The notes beneath the pieces were generated by a model. The model did no database searches and was not told where the DNA came from. It saw only the letters and a program-made list of their open reading frames with translations. Of a stretch of DNA of 64,000 bases, positions 35,143 to 46,399 are shown piece after piece. The DNA is from Nitrospirales bacterium. Lineage in GTDB: Bacteria; Nitrospirota; Nitrospiria; Nitrospirales; UBA8639. Numbering within the stretch: the stretch's first letter is position 1; each line of letters opens with the position of its first letter. Where the stretch lies: the NCBI GenBank assembly GCA_041737015.1, contig JBGSSO010000381.1, positions 1,304 to 65,303 of the forward strand. The letters run 5' to 3'. Both the position numbers and the translations under genes were made by a program.

Positions 35143-36788
35143 GGAAAGGTCTCGGCCGGAGCCGGAAGAGGATAGAGAGGCATTTCCTGAGACTTTCCCG
35201 TCCTGCCACCTTCCGCCTGAAGGCCACGAAGCAGGGACGTGAGTTCCTGTTGAATCATAAGAAGTGACGCATTTTGTAACGCGGATCCCCCCATCCCCCC
35301 GTATCGCTGACAGAGAAGTTGCACGTCTTCTTCACCCATCAGATCCGCTTTATTAAAAAAACGCAGGCATGGAATGGTTTCAAGTCCCAATTCCTTCAAT
35401 ATATTGTCTACTGCGATGATGTGCTGCCCGGGATCAGGCACGTGGGCATCTATCACGTGAAGTAACACATCGGCCTCTTGCAATTCCAGCAAGGTGGTCT
35501 GAAATGCCGCCATGAGGTCTTTAGGCAAATCTCGGATGAATCCTACGGTATCCGTCAGAATGACGTCGCCTAATCCAGGTAGATACCATCGCCGATTGAC
35601 CGTATCAAGTGTCTCAAAAACACGATCTTTTACAGAGACTTGGCTCTTCGTCAACGCATTTAACAGAGTCGACTTCCCCACATTGGTATAGCCAATAATG
35701 GAAATGATGGGAAGTCCTCGCTTCATGCGCATTTTTCGTTGTTCCTGACGACCATGCGCCATAGACTCCAAGTCTCGCTCCAATCGTTGAATACGCTCGC
35801 GGGCTCGACGTCGATCCGTTTCCAGCTTGGTTTCTCCCGGCCCTCGGGTCCCAATTCCCCCCGCTAACCGGGAAAGAGCCGTACTGGACTGAGCAAGCCG
35901 TGGTAGCAGATACCGCAGTTGGGCTAGTTCAACTTGAATTTTCCCAATGGAGGAATGCGCCCGCTGTGCAAAAATATCGAGAATCACTTGTGATCGGTCC
36001 AGGACCCGCAGGTCTGTAATTTCCGAAATACCCCGTACCTGAGCTGGGGTTAAATCTTGATCAAAAATCAAGGTATCCGCACCGGATTGGAGCGCACGAA
36101 TCGCCAACTCTTTCATCTTTCCCGAACCAACCACAAACTTCGGATGAATCGCCCCTAACCGTTGAGTAATACACCCTAAGACTTCCACGTCCTGGGCACG
36201 CACCAATTCTTGTAATTCCTGAAGACGACCTTCTTCCGACGCGGCATTCCCTGTGCTGACACTGACCAGGAGCGCCCTCCCCTCCCGAACACCTTCTCGT
36301 AAGCCTGGATTCGAGCGAACAATTTCTTGCTCCAATGATTGAATAAATTGCTGGCAATCCAACTGAAACGAGTGAAAGGCACAAGCCGGCAACTCCACCG
36401 TGGTTCGCCCCTGAATGGGGTTCGATAGAATGTGCGCCACATAGACGTCACGAAGGCTGCCATCTTTTCCCACACCAAGGGCAATCATTAAATCCAACCG
36501 AAGAAGAGCCAAGTCGGTCAGATCATCTTGGGTCAGCGGTTGATTATTGAGGTGGGTATGGACTAAACGAACCCCTCGCAATAACCGAAGGCCTGAACGG
36601 GTCCGCGAAAGATGGGGGATGACCAATTCGTGGTGGTCACCGATCAAGACCGATTCAATTTGGCCTTGTCGATTGACCAAAAGCCCGATTTGCCGTCTCG
36701 TCTCATAGGTAAGTTCGGCACATTCCCGAGCCACCTCTGGGGTCACAACTTTTTCTGGAGGGATCCGTCGACGGTAGAGACGCTCCAT
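35139..36788 (-). CDS. hflX: GTPase HflX
   Basis: GYTNVGKST, DTVGFI, FNKAD, GIGTRGPGETKLE. Confidence 0.96.
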   Translation of the reverse strand: MERLYRRRIPPEKVVTPEVARECAELTYETRRQIGLLVNRQGQIESVLIGDHHELVIPHLSRTRSGLRLLRGVRLVHTHLNNQPLTQDDLTDLALLRLDLMIALGVGKDGSLRDVYVAHILSNPIQGRTTVELPACAFHSFQLDCQQFIQSLEQEIVRSNPGLREGVREGRALLVSVSTGNAASEEGRLQELQELVRAQDVEVLGCITQRLGAIHPKFVVGSGKMKELAIRALQSGADTLIFDQDLTPAQVRGISEITDLRVLDRSQVILDIFAQRAHSSIGKIQVELAQLRYLLPRLAQSSTALSRLAGGIGTRGPGETKLETDRRRARERIQRLERDLESMAHGRQEQRKMRMKRGLPIISIIGYTNVGKSTLLNALTKSQVSVKDRVFETLDTVNRRWYLPGLGDVILTDTVGFIRDLPKDLMAAFQTTLLELQEADVLLHVIDAHVPDPGQHIIAVDNILKELGLETIPCLRFFNKADLMGEEDVQLLCQRYGGMGGSALQNASLLMIQQELTSLLRGLQAEGGRTGKSQEMPLYPLPAPAETFP

Positions 36789-36872
36789 TCGGCTAATATG
36801 ATTAGCCTTTAGCCCATGAAGATTACCTAGAACAACAGGAATGACTCTTCTCCTTTTGCCAAATCATATGAG

Positions 36873-37913
36873 TCATTGAGAAGGAACTCCAGCCATCGCG
36901 GACCCATCGTATTTACATTGTAACGTAGAGACCGCATCCACATCCCATGCTGCTCTCTCCTTGCGCTTAAGTTTTTCCAACCCCGCAGCGGCAATCATGG
37001 CACCATTGTCCGTGCAGAGCGCGCGTGGAGGTAGAGTCACATGCAGCCCTAATGTGCGAGCACGCTCCTCAAGCCTCAACCGAAGGCGAGAGTTTGCAGC
37101 CACTCCTCCCACGACCGAAACCCCTTTCACATCATATTGACGGGCAGCCCGACAAAGTTTTTCCACCAACACATCCACAATAGCTTCCTGGTAACTGGCC
37201 GCTATATCAGCTACGGGCAATGGAGAATTCCCCTTTTGTTGTTCATCCCGCACAAAATATCGAAGTGCGGTTTTCAGCCCACTGAAACTGAAATTGAAAT
37301 TTTGACTTTGAAGAGTTGGGCGGGGGAATGATACATATTGAGCATTCCCCTGTTCGGCAAGCCGGTCAATGGCCGGACCACCCGGATAAGGAAGTCCAAG
37401 CATTTTGGCGCCTTTATCGAACGCTTCTCCCGCTGCATCATCCATCGTCCATCCAATGAACTGATATTCTCCACGATGAGGAACCAATGCCAAATGCGTG
37501 TGCCCACCAGACGCAATCAAGACCATGGTTGGGGTTGGCAAATTTGGATCAGATAACCATGCGGACGCCAAATGCCCCTCCAAATGGTTCACTGTCACCC
37601 ATGGTATTTTGGTGGCATAAGCCAGAGCTTTGGCAAAATTTACTCCAACGAGTAAGGCCCCTACCAATCCTGGACGATTGGTGACCGCTATCCCCGTTAA
37701 TTGGGAAAGAGAAACCTTGGCCAGACCCAAGGCTTCTCTTGTCAGAAGTTCCAGGCACTCCATATGACGACGGGAAGCCAATTCCGGGACCACTCCCCCG
37801 TAACGGGCATGCACCTCAACCTGCGAATCCAAAATATTCGAAAGGATGTGACCCTCGCCATCCAACACGGCTACAGCCGTTTCATCACATGAAGTTTCAA
37901 TTCCTAAAATCAC
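36873..37913 (-). CDS. tsaD: tRNA N6-threonylcarbamoyladenosine transferase
   Basis: LGIETSCDET, HLEGH, SGGHT, DDAAGEAFDK, CTDNGAMIA. Confidence 0.97.
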   Translation of the reverse strand: MILGIETSCDETAVAVLDGEGHILSNILDSQVEVHARYGGVVPELASRRHMECLELLTREALGLAKVSLSQLTGIAVTNRPGLVGALLVGVNFAKALAYATKIPWVTVNHLEGHLASAWLSDPNLPTPTMVLIASGGHTHLALVPHRGEYQFIGWTMDDAAGEAFDKGAKMLGLPYPGGPAIDRLAEQGNAQYVSFPRPTLQSQNFNFSFSGLKTALRYFVRDEQQKGNSPLPVADIAASYQEAIVDVLVEKLCRAARQYDVKGVSVVGGVAANSRLRLRLEERARTLGLHVTLPPRALCTDNGAMIAAAGLEKLKRKERAAWDVDAVSTLQCKYDGSAMAGVPSQ

Positions 37914-37957
37914 TTAAGAGTCCTTTTCAACACCAAGATTCATTTGGCAAAAAACAA

Positions 37958-37990
37958 CAAAACCCTCAGGACTTGGGGTCCTGAGGGTTT
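37958..37990 (-). terminator. Intrinsic terminator downstream of clpC
   Basis: AAACCCTCAGGAC-ttggg-GTCCTGAGGGTTT 13-bp stem followed by a T-rich tract on the minus strand. Confidence 0.75.
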
Positions 37991-38020
37991 CATCTAGGAT
38001 TTGACCATCCCTATATCCAA

Positions 38021-40450
38021 TCACACACTCGCTAACACCTCTTCTTCAATGAAATTTGGAGTCTGATCGGTCAGGACAACCTTAATCTTTTTGGCATCCT
38101 TAAACCGACCCTTAATCAGTTCTTCGGAGAGAGGATCCCCCAGTCGGCGTTGAATAGTTCGGCGAAGGGGACGGGCACCGTATTGTTGTTCAAACCCTTC
38201 GTCAATCAACCACTGCTTCACCTCGTCGGTGACATCTAAATACACTCCTCTTTCCACAAGACGAGCATTGAGTTCTCCAATGAGAATATCAACGATACTC
38301 ACCAAATGTTCTTTCGCGAGTTGGTGGAAGACAACCAATTCATCGATACGATTTAAGAACTCAGGACTAAAATGACGCTTCAACTCGGCCAGGACTTCAC
38401 CTCGCATACGTGAAGAATGCTCAGCCTCTACATCACGTTGGAACCCAAGGGATACACCCTTTTGAATAAATCGAGTTCCCAAGTTTGAGGTCATCACCAA
38501 AATGGTATTTTTAAAGTCCACCTTCCTGCCTAAACTGTCCGTCAATACTCCATCATCAAGGACTTGCAGCAACACATTAAAAATATCTGGATGCGCTTTT
38601 TCAATTTCATCAAATAACACAACTGAATAGGGACGGCGCCTTACTTTCTCCGTCAATTGTCCACCTTCCTCATAACCCACATACCCAGGAGGAGCACCAA
38701 ACAGGCGTGAACTGGTGAATTTTTCCTGGTACTCTGACATGTCTACCCGAATTAACGCATCATCAGTATTGAACAAGAATTCCGCTAATGCGCGAGCCAA
38801 CTCGGTCTTACCAACCCCGGTCGGTCCAAGGAAAATAAACGACCCAATGGGCTTCTTGGCATCTTTCAAACCAGCCCGCGACCGACGAATTGACCGACAG
38901 ACCGCAGAAATAGCTTCTTCCTGTCCTATAATACGCTTGTGAAGATAATCCTCCATATGTAGCAGCTTTTCAGATTCTTCTTCTTCAAGTTTAAAGAGAG
39001 GAATCCCCGTCATTTTCGAAATGACATACGCCACATCCTCACCGGATATAACCGGTCGGTTTTTCTCTTGTTTTTTCTTCCAATCACGCTTTGAATCATC
39101 TAATAATTTTCGGAATCGCTCTTCCTCTTCACGAAATTTTACGGCCTCCTCAAAATTCTGAAGCCCGATTGCCACTTCTTTTTCACGGGCGACTCTTTTG
39201 AGTTCCTGTTCCAGGGACTTCAACTCAGGAGGGAGTGCATACGTCAGCAACTTTGCTCGCGAACCGGTTTCATCAATAAGGTCAATGGCCTTATCAGGCA
39301 AAAACCTGTCGGTGATATACCGTTCACTCAGCTTCACAGCCTCTTCAACCGCCTCATCCGTAATTTCAACTCCATGATGTTCTTCGTATCGATCACGAAG
39401 CCCCTGAATGATTTGAACAGTCTCTTCTACTGAAGGAGGCTGAACATAAATTGGCTGAAACCGCCGCTTGAGTGCCCCATCCTTTTCAATATGTTTTCGA
39501 TATTCATCCAGGGTCGTTGCACCAATGCATTGAATTTCCCCACGAGACAAAGCCGGCTTTAACATATTCGCGGCATCAATGGACCCTTCGGCAGCCCCTG
39601 CACCGACTAACGTGTGAAGTTCATCAATAAAGAGAATGATATTCCCTGCTTGGGAAATTTCTTTCATCACCACCTTGAGACGTTCTTCAAATTGTCCCCG
39701 ATATTTGGTACCTGCTACCAATGAACCAAGATCCAAGGCAATGACTCTACGATTCAATAAATTGTCTGGAACATCCAGGCCAATGATCCTCTGAGCCAGC
39801 CCTTCCACAATAGCTGTTTTCCCCACTCCGGATTCACCAATTAACGCCGGGTTATTTTTCGTTCGACGGCTGAGAATTTGAAGAACTCTTTGGATTTCAT
39901 CTGAACGTCCAATAACAGGGTCTAGCGTTCCCTCCTGAGCCAACTGCGTCAAATCCCTACCGAATTCGTCTAACGCAGGTGTGCTACTTTTTTTATCTCG
40001 CTCCCTGGTTCCTGATTTTCGAAGGAATGTGACTGTCAATTGACGAGCCGTTAAAAGATTGGCCCCTAAACTACGAAGGACCTTCCCCCCTATTCCTTCT
40101 TCCTCACGAAGAAGACCAAGGAGCAGATGTTCACTCCCGATGTGGTTGTGGCCCAGAAGCCTGGCCTCCTCAACGCCATATTCAATCACTTTTTTCACTC
40201 TGGGACTAAATGGGATTTCGCCGAAGGTTACCGTTGTTCCACCTCCGGGTAAATTCCGTTCTATTTCAAGTCGGATTTGTTCCGGCGAGAGACCCATTTT
40301 TTTGATGATCATCAAGGCTATGCCGTCAGACTCTCGAAGAATCGCAAGCACCAAATGCTCGGTACCAAGATAATCGTTTTGGTGCCGTTCCGCTTCTTCT
40401 CTGGCAAGGATGATGATTTTTCTACCACGATCCGTGAATCGTTCGAACAT
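38021..40450 (-). CDS. clpC: ATP-dependent Clp protease ATP-binding subunit
   Basis: Clp_N repeats; GESGVGKT and GPTGVGKT Walker A motifs; short UVR-like middle domain. Confidence 0.96.
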   Translation of the reverse strand: MFERFTDRGRKIIILAREEAERHQNDYLGTEHLVLAILRESDGIALMIIKKMGLSPEQIRLEIERNLPGGGTTVTFGEIPFSPRVKKVIEYGVEEARLLGHNHIGSEHLLLGLLREEEGIGGKVLRSLGANLLTARQLTVTFLRKSGTRERDKKSSTPALDEFGRDLTQLAQEGTLDPVIGRSDEIQRVLQILSRRTKNNPALIGESGVGKTAIVEGLAQRIIGLDVPDNLLNRRVIALDLGSLVAGTKYRGQFEERLKVVMKEISQAGNIILFIDELHTLVGAGAAEGSIDAANMLKPALSRGEIQCIGATTLDEYRKHIEKDGALKRRFQPIYVQPPSVEETVQIIQGLRDRYEEHHGVEITDEAVEEAVKLSERYITDRFLPDKAIDLIDETGSRAKLLTYALPPELKSLEQELKRVAREKEVAIGLQNFEEAVKFREEEERFRKLLDDSKRDWKKKQEKNRPVISGEDVAYVISKMTGIPLFKLEEEESEKLLHMEDYLHKRIIGQEEAISAVCRSIRRSRAGLKDAKKPIGSFIFLGPTGVGKTELARALAEFLFNTDDALIRVDMSEYQEKFTSSRLFGAPPGYVGYEEGGQLTEKVRRRPYSVVLFDEIEKAHPDIFNVLLQVLDDGVLTDSLGRKVDFKNTILVMTSNLGTRFIQKGVSLGFQRDVEAEHSSRMRGEVLAELKRHFSPEFLNRIDELVVFHQLAKEHLVSIVDILIGELNARLVERGVYLDVTDEVKQWLIDEGFEQQYGARPLRRTIQRRLGDPLSEELIKGRFKDAKKIKVVLTDQTPNFIEEEVLASV

Positions 40451-40763
40451 TGGACCTCCTCTAGCCGATTATTCGCGAAACTTTTCGCTCACACATTCGT
40501 CTATTATCCACAAAAAAATTCGATAAAAATTCACAATTTCAGTCTATCCGTGAACCCTCAAAACTGTCAAGTTCAGAAGCTGGAGATGAAAGACCCCAAC
40601 AATGTGAATGATGATTTACTGTACCAATCAAAATACGCTAAGAAAAGCCTCATGCCACGCACGGATAAAATTGCCTACGCAATGAAAAACTCCTCGCTTG
40701 CTATCAGATCAAGGAAGACACTACCATCCTGACGCCTGATAACACCATTCCTTATCTAAGCAC

Positions 40764-41618
40764 ATGTCTACCTTTCAGACCATCGGGATCATCACCAAAC
40801 CTAACGCCCCCAACATTCTGCAGGAGATTTCCTATCTCCGTGATTGGTTGTTGGCACATCACAAAACTGTGATTCTTGATTCCACCCAAGGATTTCCTAC
40901 CTCGGATAGTCCCACCCGCATTCAGATTGCCAAGGAAGCCGACCTCCTCATTGTATTGGGTGGCGATGGCACAATGTTAAGCGGCGCAAGGCTTGTTGAA
41001 CAACGAGGGATTCCCATCCTTGGAGTCAATATGGGAGGTCTGGGTTTCCTCACTGAAATCAACTTCGACGATCTCCCCACAGCCTTAGGCAAAGTATTCG
41101 CAGGGGAATGGCAACTGGATAAACGCTTGATGTTAAAAGTCCAGCTACAACGGGGTGACCAAATCCTCTGCACCTACTCAGCCTTAAATGACGTAGTAAT
41201 AAGTAAAGGACATTTGGCGAGAATGATCGCCACCAAAATATGGGTAAATCACGCATTTATGACAAACTTGCGTGGTGATGGACTGATCGTCGCTACCCCG
41301 ACAGGGTCGACCGCCTACTCCCTTTCGGCAAAGGGTCCGATTTTAGATCCAAGGCTGGAAGTGTTGCTGATAAATCCAATTTGCCCGCACACCTTTTCCC
41401 ACCGTCCCTTCCTGGCCCCTGGTGATGTGCCGATCACCATTGAGCTGACAAGTCAAGAACCAGCCATGGCTACCATTGATGGCCAAGTGGGAGTGGAAAT
41501 GCTGACTGGTGATCTTGTGCAGGTTCGAGCCTCAGACCACCGCACACACCTCATTCGTTTTCCAGAGCGAAGCTACTTTGAGGTGTTACGCACAAAATTA
41601 AAGTGGGGGGATGGGTAA
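40764..41618 (+). CDS. nadK: NAD(+) kinase
   Basis: GGDGT, GGLGFL, ALND, GDGLIVATPTGSTAYSLS. Confidence 0.96.
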   Translation: MSTFQTIGIITKPNAPNILQEISYLRDWLLAHHKTVILDSTQGFPTSDSPTRIQIAKEADLLIVLGGDGTMLSGARLVEQRGIPILGVNMGGLGFLTEINFDDLPTALGKVFAGEWQLDKRLMLKVQLQRGDQILCTYSALNDVVISKGHLARMIATKIWVNHAFMTNLRGDGLIVATPTGSTAYSLSAKGPILDPRLEVLLINPICPHTFSHRPFLAPGDVPITIELTSQEPAMATIDGQVGVEMLTGDLVQVRASDHRTHLIRFPERSYFEVLRTKLKWGDG

Positions 41619-41849
41619 TTCCCATCTTCAAGACTCTCCACAAACCGACTCGACCAATTTCATTTACTATCCCATTAGCTTCATAGCCTGGCAAATCGAG
41701 GATTTCACTTACTTATTCGCCAAGATGGTCCGCCCATTTTCTCAATGAGAAATCGACGCTTGGATTCAAAAAAAGGAAGAAAAAAGAAAAGAAAACGGAG
41801 AGTGCACAGCCAAGCAGCTTGTAGGAAAGGCTCTTATTTCAAAAGAGAC

Positions 41850-42212
41850 TTAGGGGGCGCACTCGGGACATTCTTTCCGCTCAGCAGGAGCATGAAACTC
41901 CGATGAGGTGAGAGGAAAGACTTGATCGCATGTTTCGCAATAGCGAATTTCAAAAAAAGGCACGCCGTCCTCGTTGATCTCACTCGGTAACAATAAATCG
42001 ATTGGGTCAAACCCTAGCGTTTTTTCATCGGGAAACTTGACCACTGCGAGCCGAACGTTAAAAAACTCAAATACCCCCTCCTTGCCCTTATACCGATCTT
42101 CATGACCCATCACATATACGGGCTGGCCTTTACGTTTAAGCCGAAGATCCTTTAAGGTTCGCTCGGTCTCAGATGCACAAAAAAAGTCTTGAGCTGGGTT
42201 TGGCTCGCTCAT
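41850..42212 (-). CDS. Hypothetical protein with a C-terminal double CxxC zinc ribbon
   Basis: CETC...CPEC; likely start MSEPNP at 42212. Confidence 0.7.
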   Translation of the reverse strand: MSEPNPAQDFFCASETERTLKDLRLKRKGQPVYVMGHEDRYKGKEGVFEFFNVRLAVVKFPDEKTLGFDPIDLLLPSEINEDGVPFFEIRYCETCDQVFPLTSSEFHAPAERKECPECAP

Positions 42213-42345
42213 CCTGGCAAAACCCCTATGTCGTATGTCATCAGACTGATCCTTCCGCAAATAGCTGGACCAGCTTGTAGCATGGCCTCAAAAAGGAGGT
42301 CAAGGCGGATGGAGTTGACAGACCTTTTACCAAGGAGGCGTATTT

Positions 42346-42696
42346 ATGGCTGACATCCTCATTTATCACAAACCTACCTGCTCAACCTGCCGACAGGTCA
42401 TCAAATTAGTGGAGGAAAGCGGACAACCCTTTACGACCATTAACTATTACGAAAAAACTTTTTCCAAATCCACGCTGAAAGGGCTACTCAAAAAGGCGGG
42501 GATCAAATCGTCAGAAATCATCCGTAAAAAGGAAGAAATATACAAGAAGCTGAACTTACAAGACTCACAATTCACCGATGATGAATTATTAGACATCCTC
42601 ATCAAACACCCAGATCTCATCCAGCGTCCCCTGGTCCAAAAAGGGGACCAAGTGATCCTCGCCCGCCCTCCGGAAACAGTCAGCAAGATTCTTTAA
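42346..42696 (+). CDS. ArsC/Spx/MgsR family protein
   Basis: YHKPTCSTCR, HPDLIQRP; AAGGAGG RBS. Confidence 0.9.
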   Translation: MADILIYHKPTCSTCRQVIKLVEESGQPFTTINYYEKTFSKSTLKGLLKKAGIKSSEIIRKKEEIYKKLNLQDSQFTDDELLDILIKHPDLIQRPLVQKGDQVILARPPETVSKIL

Positions 42697-42732
42697 CAAA
42701 ATTTTCGCGTGAGAAAAGAGCCAGGCCAATAG

Positions 42733-43353
42733 TCAAAATGGCCGCTGGATTGAATCTGAGGCCGTACTGCCGAAATAGTCGGTTTTGAGAAATTGGTAGG
42801 CTTCGATAATTCGCCGCAGTTCCGGCTCGGAACTGCGGTCCCCTTGCCGAATATCAGGATGTATCTTCTTCGCCCGCTCTCGAAAGGCTCGAGTCACCAC
42901 TGGCAAAGGACTTCCAAATTCAACACCTAGCACTTCATAGGCGTGGACAGACGAGCGAATTTCCCCACGAACAGAAGTGGGCTCTCCCTCCCCTCCTCCG
43001 CCCCCAGCAGCCTTGAAAAAATTAAAGAGATTAATCTTGTGCCGTCGACGACGAGGACGCTGCCTGATCTCGCTTTCAAACTCTTCAAACCGGTCCTCAA
43101 TAAATTCCAAGCGCGATTCCAATCGCTGGGCGGTAGTCAATTCGGTAATATCCTCCAACTCCCCCTCAACCAGCCCCAACATCCGATCAACCTCGATCAA
43201 CCCCTGCTCAACATGCAAATAGGCCTCTGTCCGCTCTTGAAACATCGTTTCAAGAGCAAAGTCCAAGCTTTGTTCAGATTGATCGCGAAGCTTAGCAATC
43301 CGCCGACTCATGCCAGACACAAATTTCCGTCGATTGTGCTCATTTAACGCCAT
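42733..43353 (-). CDS. Coiled-coil protein with a C-terminal J domain
   Basis: AYEVLGV...AKKIHPD; likely start MALNE at 43353. Confidence 0.8.
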   Translation of the reverse strand: MALNEHNRRKFVSGMSRRIAKLRDQSEQSLDFALETMFQERTEAYLHVEQGLIEVDRMLGLVEGELEDITELTTAQRLESRLEFIEDRFEEFESEIRQRPRRRRHKINLFNFFKAAGGGGGEGEPTSVRGEIRSSVHAYEVLGVEFGSPLPVVTRAFRERAKKIHPDIRQGDRSSEPELRRIIEAYQFLKTDYFGSTASDSIQRPF

Positions 43354-43614
43354 AATGCCAATACTCAAGGAAAATTTGGGTCCAATTCTAACACAACTGC
43401 CCACAATGCAAGGAGGTTTGTTATGACATGAAGGGAGGCTACCGATTGCAAATAGGTAACAAATAGCTGAGATTGCCCCCCAGCTTGATGATTGGTATCC
43501 TGCTTACCTTTGTGCGCATAACCCTAGAAGATCATAAGATGTAGGGAACGCGAGTTATCTCCCAAATATTATGCTTCTTTCTGCCTTTCCCAAATTTTAT
43601 TGAAGGAGGGTTTC

Positions 43615-44115
43615 ATGAATCACTACCTACTTATTTTGGGAAGTAGCTTTATTCTCTCCATCATCCTTGCGCCACCAGCCTGGTCAGTTAACCCTGCCGG
43701 CTATGGCAGCGCAGGTGGTGAATTCAACATCAAAATCTCCCGGGTCCCCTCGAATGAGATCGCCAAAGCCAAATCGGCGAAACCTCCCATTGAGCCCACT
43801 CCCGAAATCCTTGCCGAGGGAAAAGAAATCTTTCTGGGGCGGGGAGGCTGTATTAGTTGTCATGGGGCCGAGGGAAAAGGGGATGGGCCAGCCGCAAAAA
43901 ACCTTCCTATTCAACCGAGAAATTTCACTAACCCTAAGTTTAACACCTACCGAACACCTGGTGAAATGATGTGAGTCCTCAAAAACGGCAGCATGGGACA
44001 GACGGGCCGGGTCCCTGGAACAGGGATGCTTCCAGTTGTCCAGCCCAATGGTTTCATTTCGGAAGAAGATGGATGGAAGGTGTTGCTGTATGAACGAAGC
44101 CTCGGAGAACAATAA
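43615..44115 (+). pseudogene. Exported monoheme cytochrome c interrupted by an in-frame TGA (43972-43974)
   Basis: AAGGAGG RBS; signal peptide; CISCH; the frame continues after TGA as VLKNGS..GTGMLP..WKVLLYERSL to TAA 44115. Confidence 0.8.
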
Positions 44116-44206
44116 CAATAGTACTTATTTTTCTAACGTATTCATTATTCCCGAGTACATCCCCTCTATTATTTATTATCCTGATCACGTTGAGTAAAAA
44201 TCCTTT

Positions 44207-46399
44207 ATGTCTGAATCCACAACAGGGCGCCAACCCAATCGGCTGAGTCACGAAACCAGCCCTTATCTCCTTCAACATGCCTTCAATCCGGTCGATTGGT
44301 TCCCCTGGGGAGAGGAGGCGCTGAATCTGGCAAAAAAAGATAATAAGCCAATCTTGCTCTCCATCGGCTATTCAGCCTGCCATTGGTGCCACGTAATGGA
44401 ACGGGAATCGTTTGAGAATCCGGCCATCGCGGATCTCATGAACCAGTACTTTGTGAACATTAAAGTGGACAGGGAAGAACGTCCGGATTTGGATGAAATC
44501 TATATGCAGGCCACGACTGCCATGAACCAGGGGCACGGCGGATGGCCTATGACCGTATTTCTCACCCCTGATCAGGAACCCATTTTTGCGGGAACCTATT
44601 TCCCTCCCACCGACCGCTATGGTCGTCCGGGATTCGGATCAATCCTGACAAACATTGGGGAGGGGTGGAAGAAAGATCAATCCAACATCGCCCAACAAGC
44701 CAGTCGATTCACCGCACGCCTGCGAAACGCCCTGCAACCCGCATCTCCCCTTGCCGTTGGTTCTGCCGAGATTGAAGATGCCGTCAAGCAATATGCCCGT
44801 GATTTCGACGCACGTTACGGAGGATTTGGACGTGCACCCAAATTCCCACCTGCCACCGGCCTCTCCTTTCTCCTGCGCCAATATCACTGGAGTCGAGAGA
44901 AAAAAAATCTCGCCATGGTCACCAAAACCCTGGATGGGATGGCCGAAGGGGGACTGTATGATCATATCGGTGGAGGATTTGCTCGCTATTCCACCGATGA
45001 CGAATGGTTAGCCCCGCACTTTGAAAAAATGTTGTATGACAACGCCCTCCTTGCACGGACATACGTTGAGGCGTTTCAAGTCACAGGGGAGAATCGATAC
45101 CGCCAGGTCGCAACGGAGACCTTAGATTACATTTTACGTGAAATGACCGCACCGGAAGGAGGGTTTTATTCGGCGACTGATGCGGATAGCGAAGGTGTAG
45201 AAGGCAAGTTTTTCGTGTGGACGCCGGAACAGATCCGTGAAATTCTGACAAACGAACAAGACGCCACTCGCTTCTGCGCATATTACGACATCACGGATGA
45301 AGGCAATTGGGAGCACACCAACATCCCACGCACCAAAAAATCACTAGAAACCGTAGCGGAGGAATTAGGCTGTTCCCCTGGAGACTTACGCGAGACAATC
45401 ATGCGTACAAAATCCACCGTGTATCAGTCTCGCCTGAAACGTGTACCGCCGGGACTCGATGATAAAATCATTACCGCCTGGAATGGCATGATGATCGGAA
45501 CGATGGCGGAAGCCGGTCGAGTTTTCAACCACCAACCGTATCTGGATGGTGCCATCCGGGCCGCCGATTTCCTGCTGACCACGCTTTCACGGCCTGAAAG
45601 CCGGCTCTGGCGTACCTATCGGGCAGGACATGCTCACCTCAATGCCTGCTTGGAAGATTATGCCTATGCGACCGAGGCGATGATCGATGTCTATGAAGCC
45701 ACGGGGTATGAACGGTATCTCCATGAGGGGGTCTCATTAGCTGAACGCCTCCTGGAAGACTTTGAAGATCGTGACCATGGAGGATTCTTTACCACAGCCG
45801 CCGATCATGAAGCCTTAATTATCCGGGGGCGAGAAGGCGCCGATGGGGCAACTCCCAGTGGAAATGCGGTGGCCGCGTCGGCTTTAGCCCGCTTATCATT
45901 TCACGGTGATCGCGAAGACTTTCGGAAAGCCGCGACCAAGGCTATTCGTGCCTATGGACAACAAATCGGGCAGGTGCCAAGAGGGTTTCCCAAAAGTCTG
46001 ATGGTCGTAGATCTTTTATTACGAGGTCCGGTGGAATTGGCTCTAGTCGGAACTCCCGGAGACAAGGGATACGCCCAACTCCGCACAGCGGTCAATGCGT
46101 GTTTTGTACCGTATCGCATTTTGGCCTATCGGCAAGAACTAGAGACTGAAACTCCTCATCCCCTGCTAACTGGGAAAACCCTGTTCAATGGGAAAGCTGC
46201 GCTCTATGTCTGTAAGAACTTTGCCTGCCAGGCTCCGATTACCGATCCTCAAGAGGCAATTGACACATTGAGCCATCCTCAGGGAACCATCACCTCACCA
46301 GAACCACCCCTGCAAGCACTGACCAGCCAGGGGCTTTCCGGACATGCCACTCCTCAAGGGACGGGACAGTATGTGGCCAGAATCCTGGCCAGCCCCTAG
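44207..46399 (+). CDS. Thioredoxin-domain/six-hairpin protein (YyaL/DUF255/SPATA20 family)
   Basis: [47 protein letters not shown]. Confidence 0.93.
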   Translation: MSESTTGRQPNRLSHETSPYLLQHAFNPVDWFPWGEEALNLAKKDNKPILLSIGYSACHWCHVMERESFENPAIADLMNQYFVNIKVDREERPDLDEIYMQATTAMNQGHGGWPMTVFLTPDQEPIFAGTYFPPTDRYGRPGFGSILTNIGEGWKKDQSNIAQQASRFTARLRNALQPASPLAVGSAEIEDAVKQYARDFDARYGGFGRAPKFPPATGLSFLLRQYHWSREKKNLAMVTKTLDGMAEGGLYDHIGGGFARYSTDDEWLAPHFEKMLYDNALLARTYVEAFQVTGENRYRQVATETLDYILREMTAPEGGFYSATDADSEGVEGKFFVWTPEQIREILTNEQDATRFCAYYDITDEGNWEHTNIPRTKKSLETVAEELGCSPGDLRETIMRTKSTVYQSRLKRVPPGLDDKIITAWNGMMIGTMAEAGRVFNHQPYLDGAIRAADFLLTTLSRPESRLWRTYRAGHAHLNACLEDYAYATEAMIDVYEATGYERYLHEGVSLAERLLEDFEDRDHGGFFTTAADHEALIIRGREGADGATPSGNAVAASALARLSFHGDREDFRKAATKAIRAYGQQIGQVPRGFPKSLMVVDLLLRGPVELALVGTPGDKGYAQLRTAVNACFVPYRILAYRQELETETPHPLLTGKTLFNGKAALYVCKNFACQAPITDPQEAIDTLSHPQGTITSPEPPLQALTSQGLSGHATPQGTGQYVARILASP

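Noticed and set aside
43972-46399. Alternative genetic code (stop-codon reassignment) as the explanation for the in-frame TGA and TAG
   Set aside because: TGA and TAG terminate many intact genes in this window, and the two cases involve different codons
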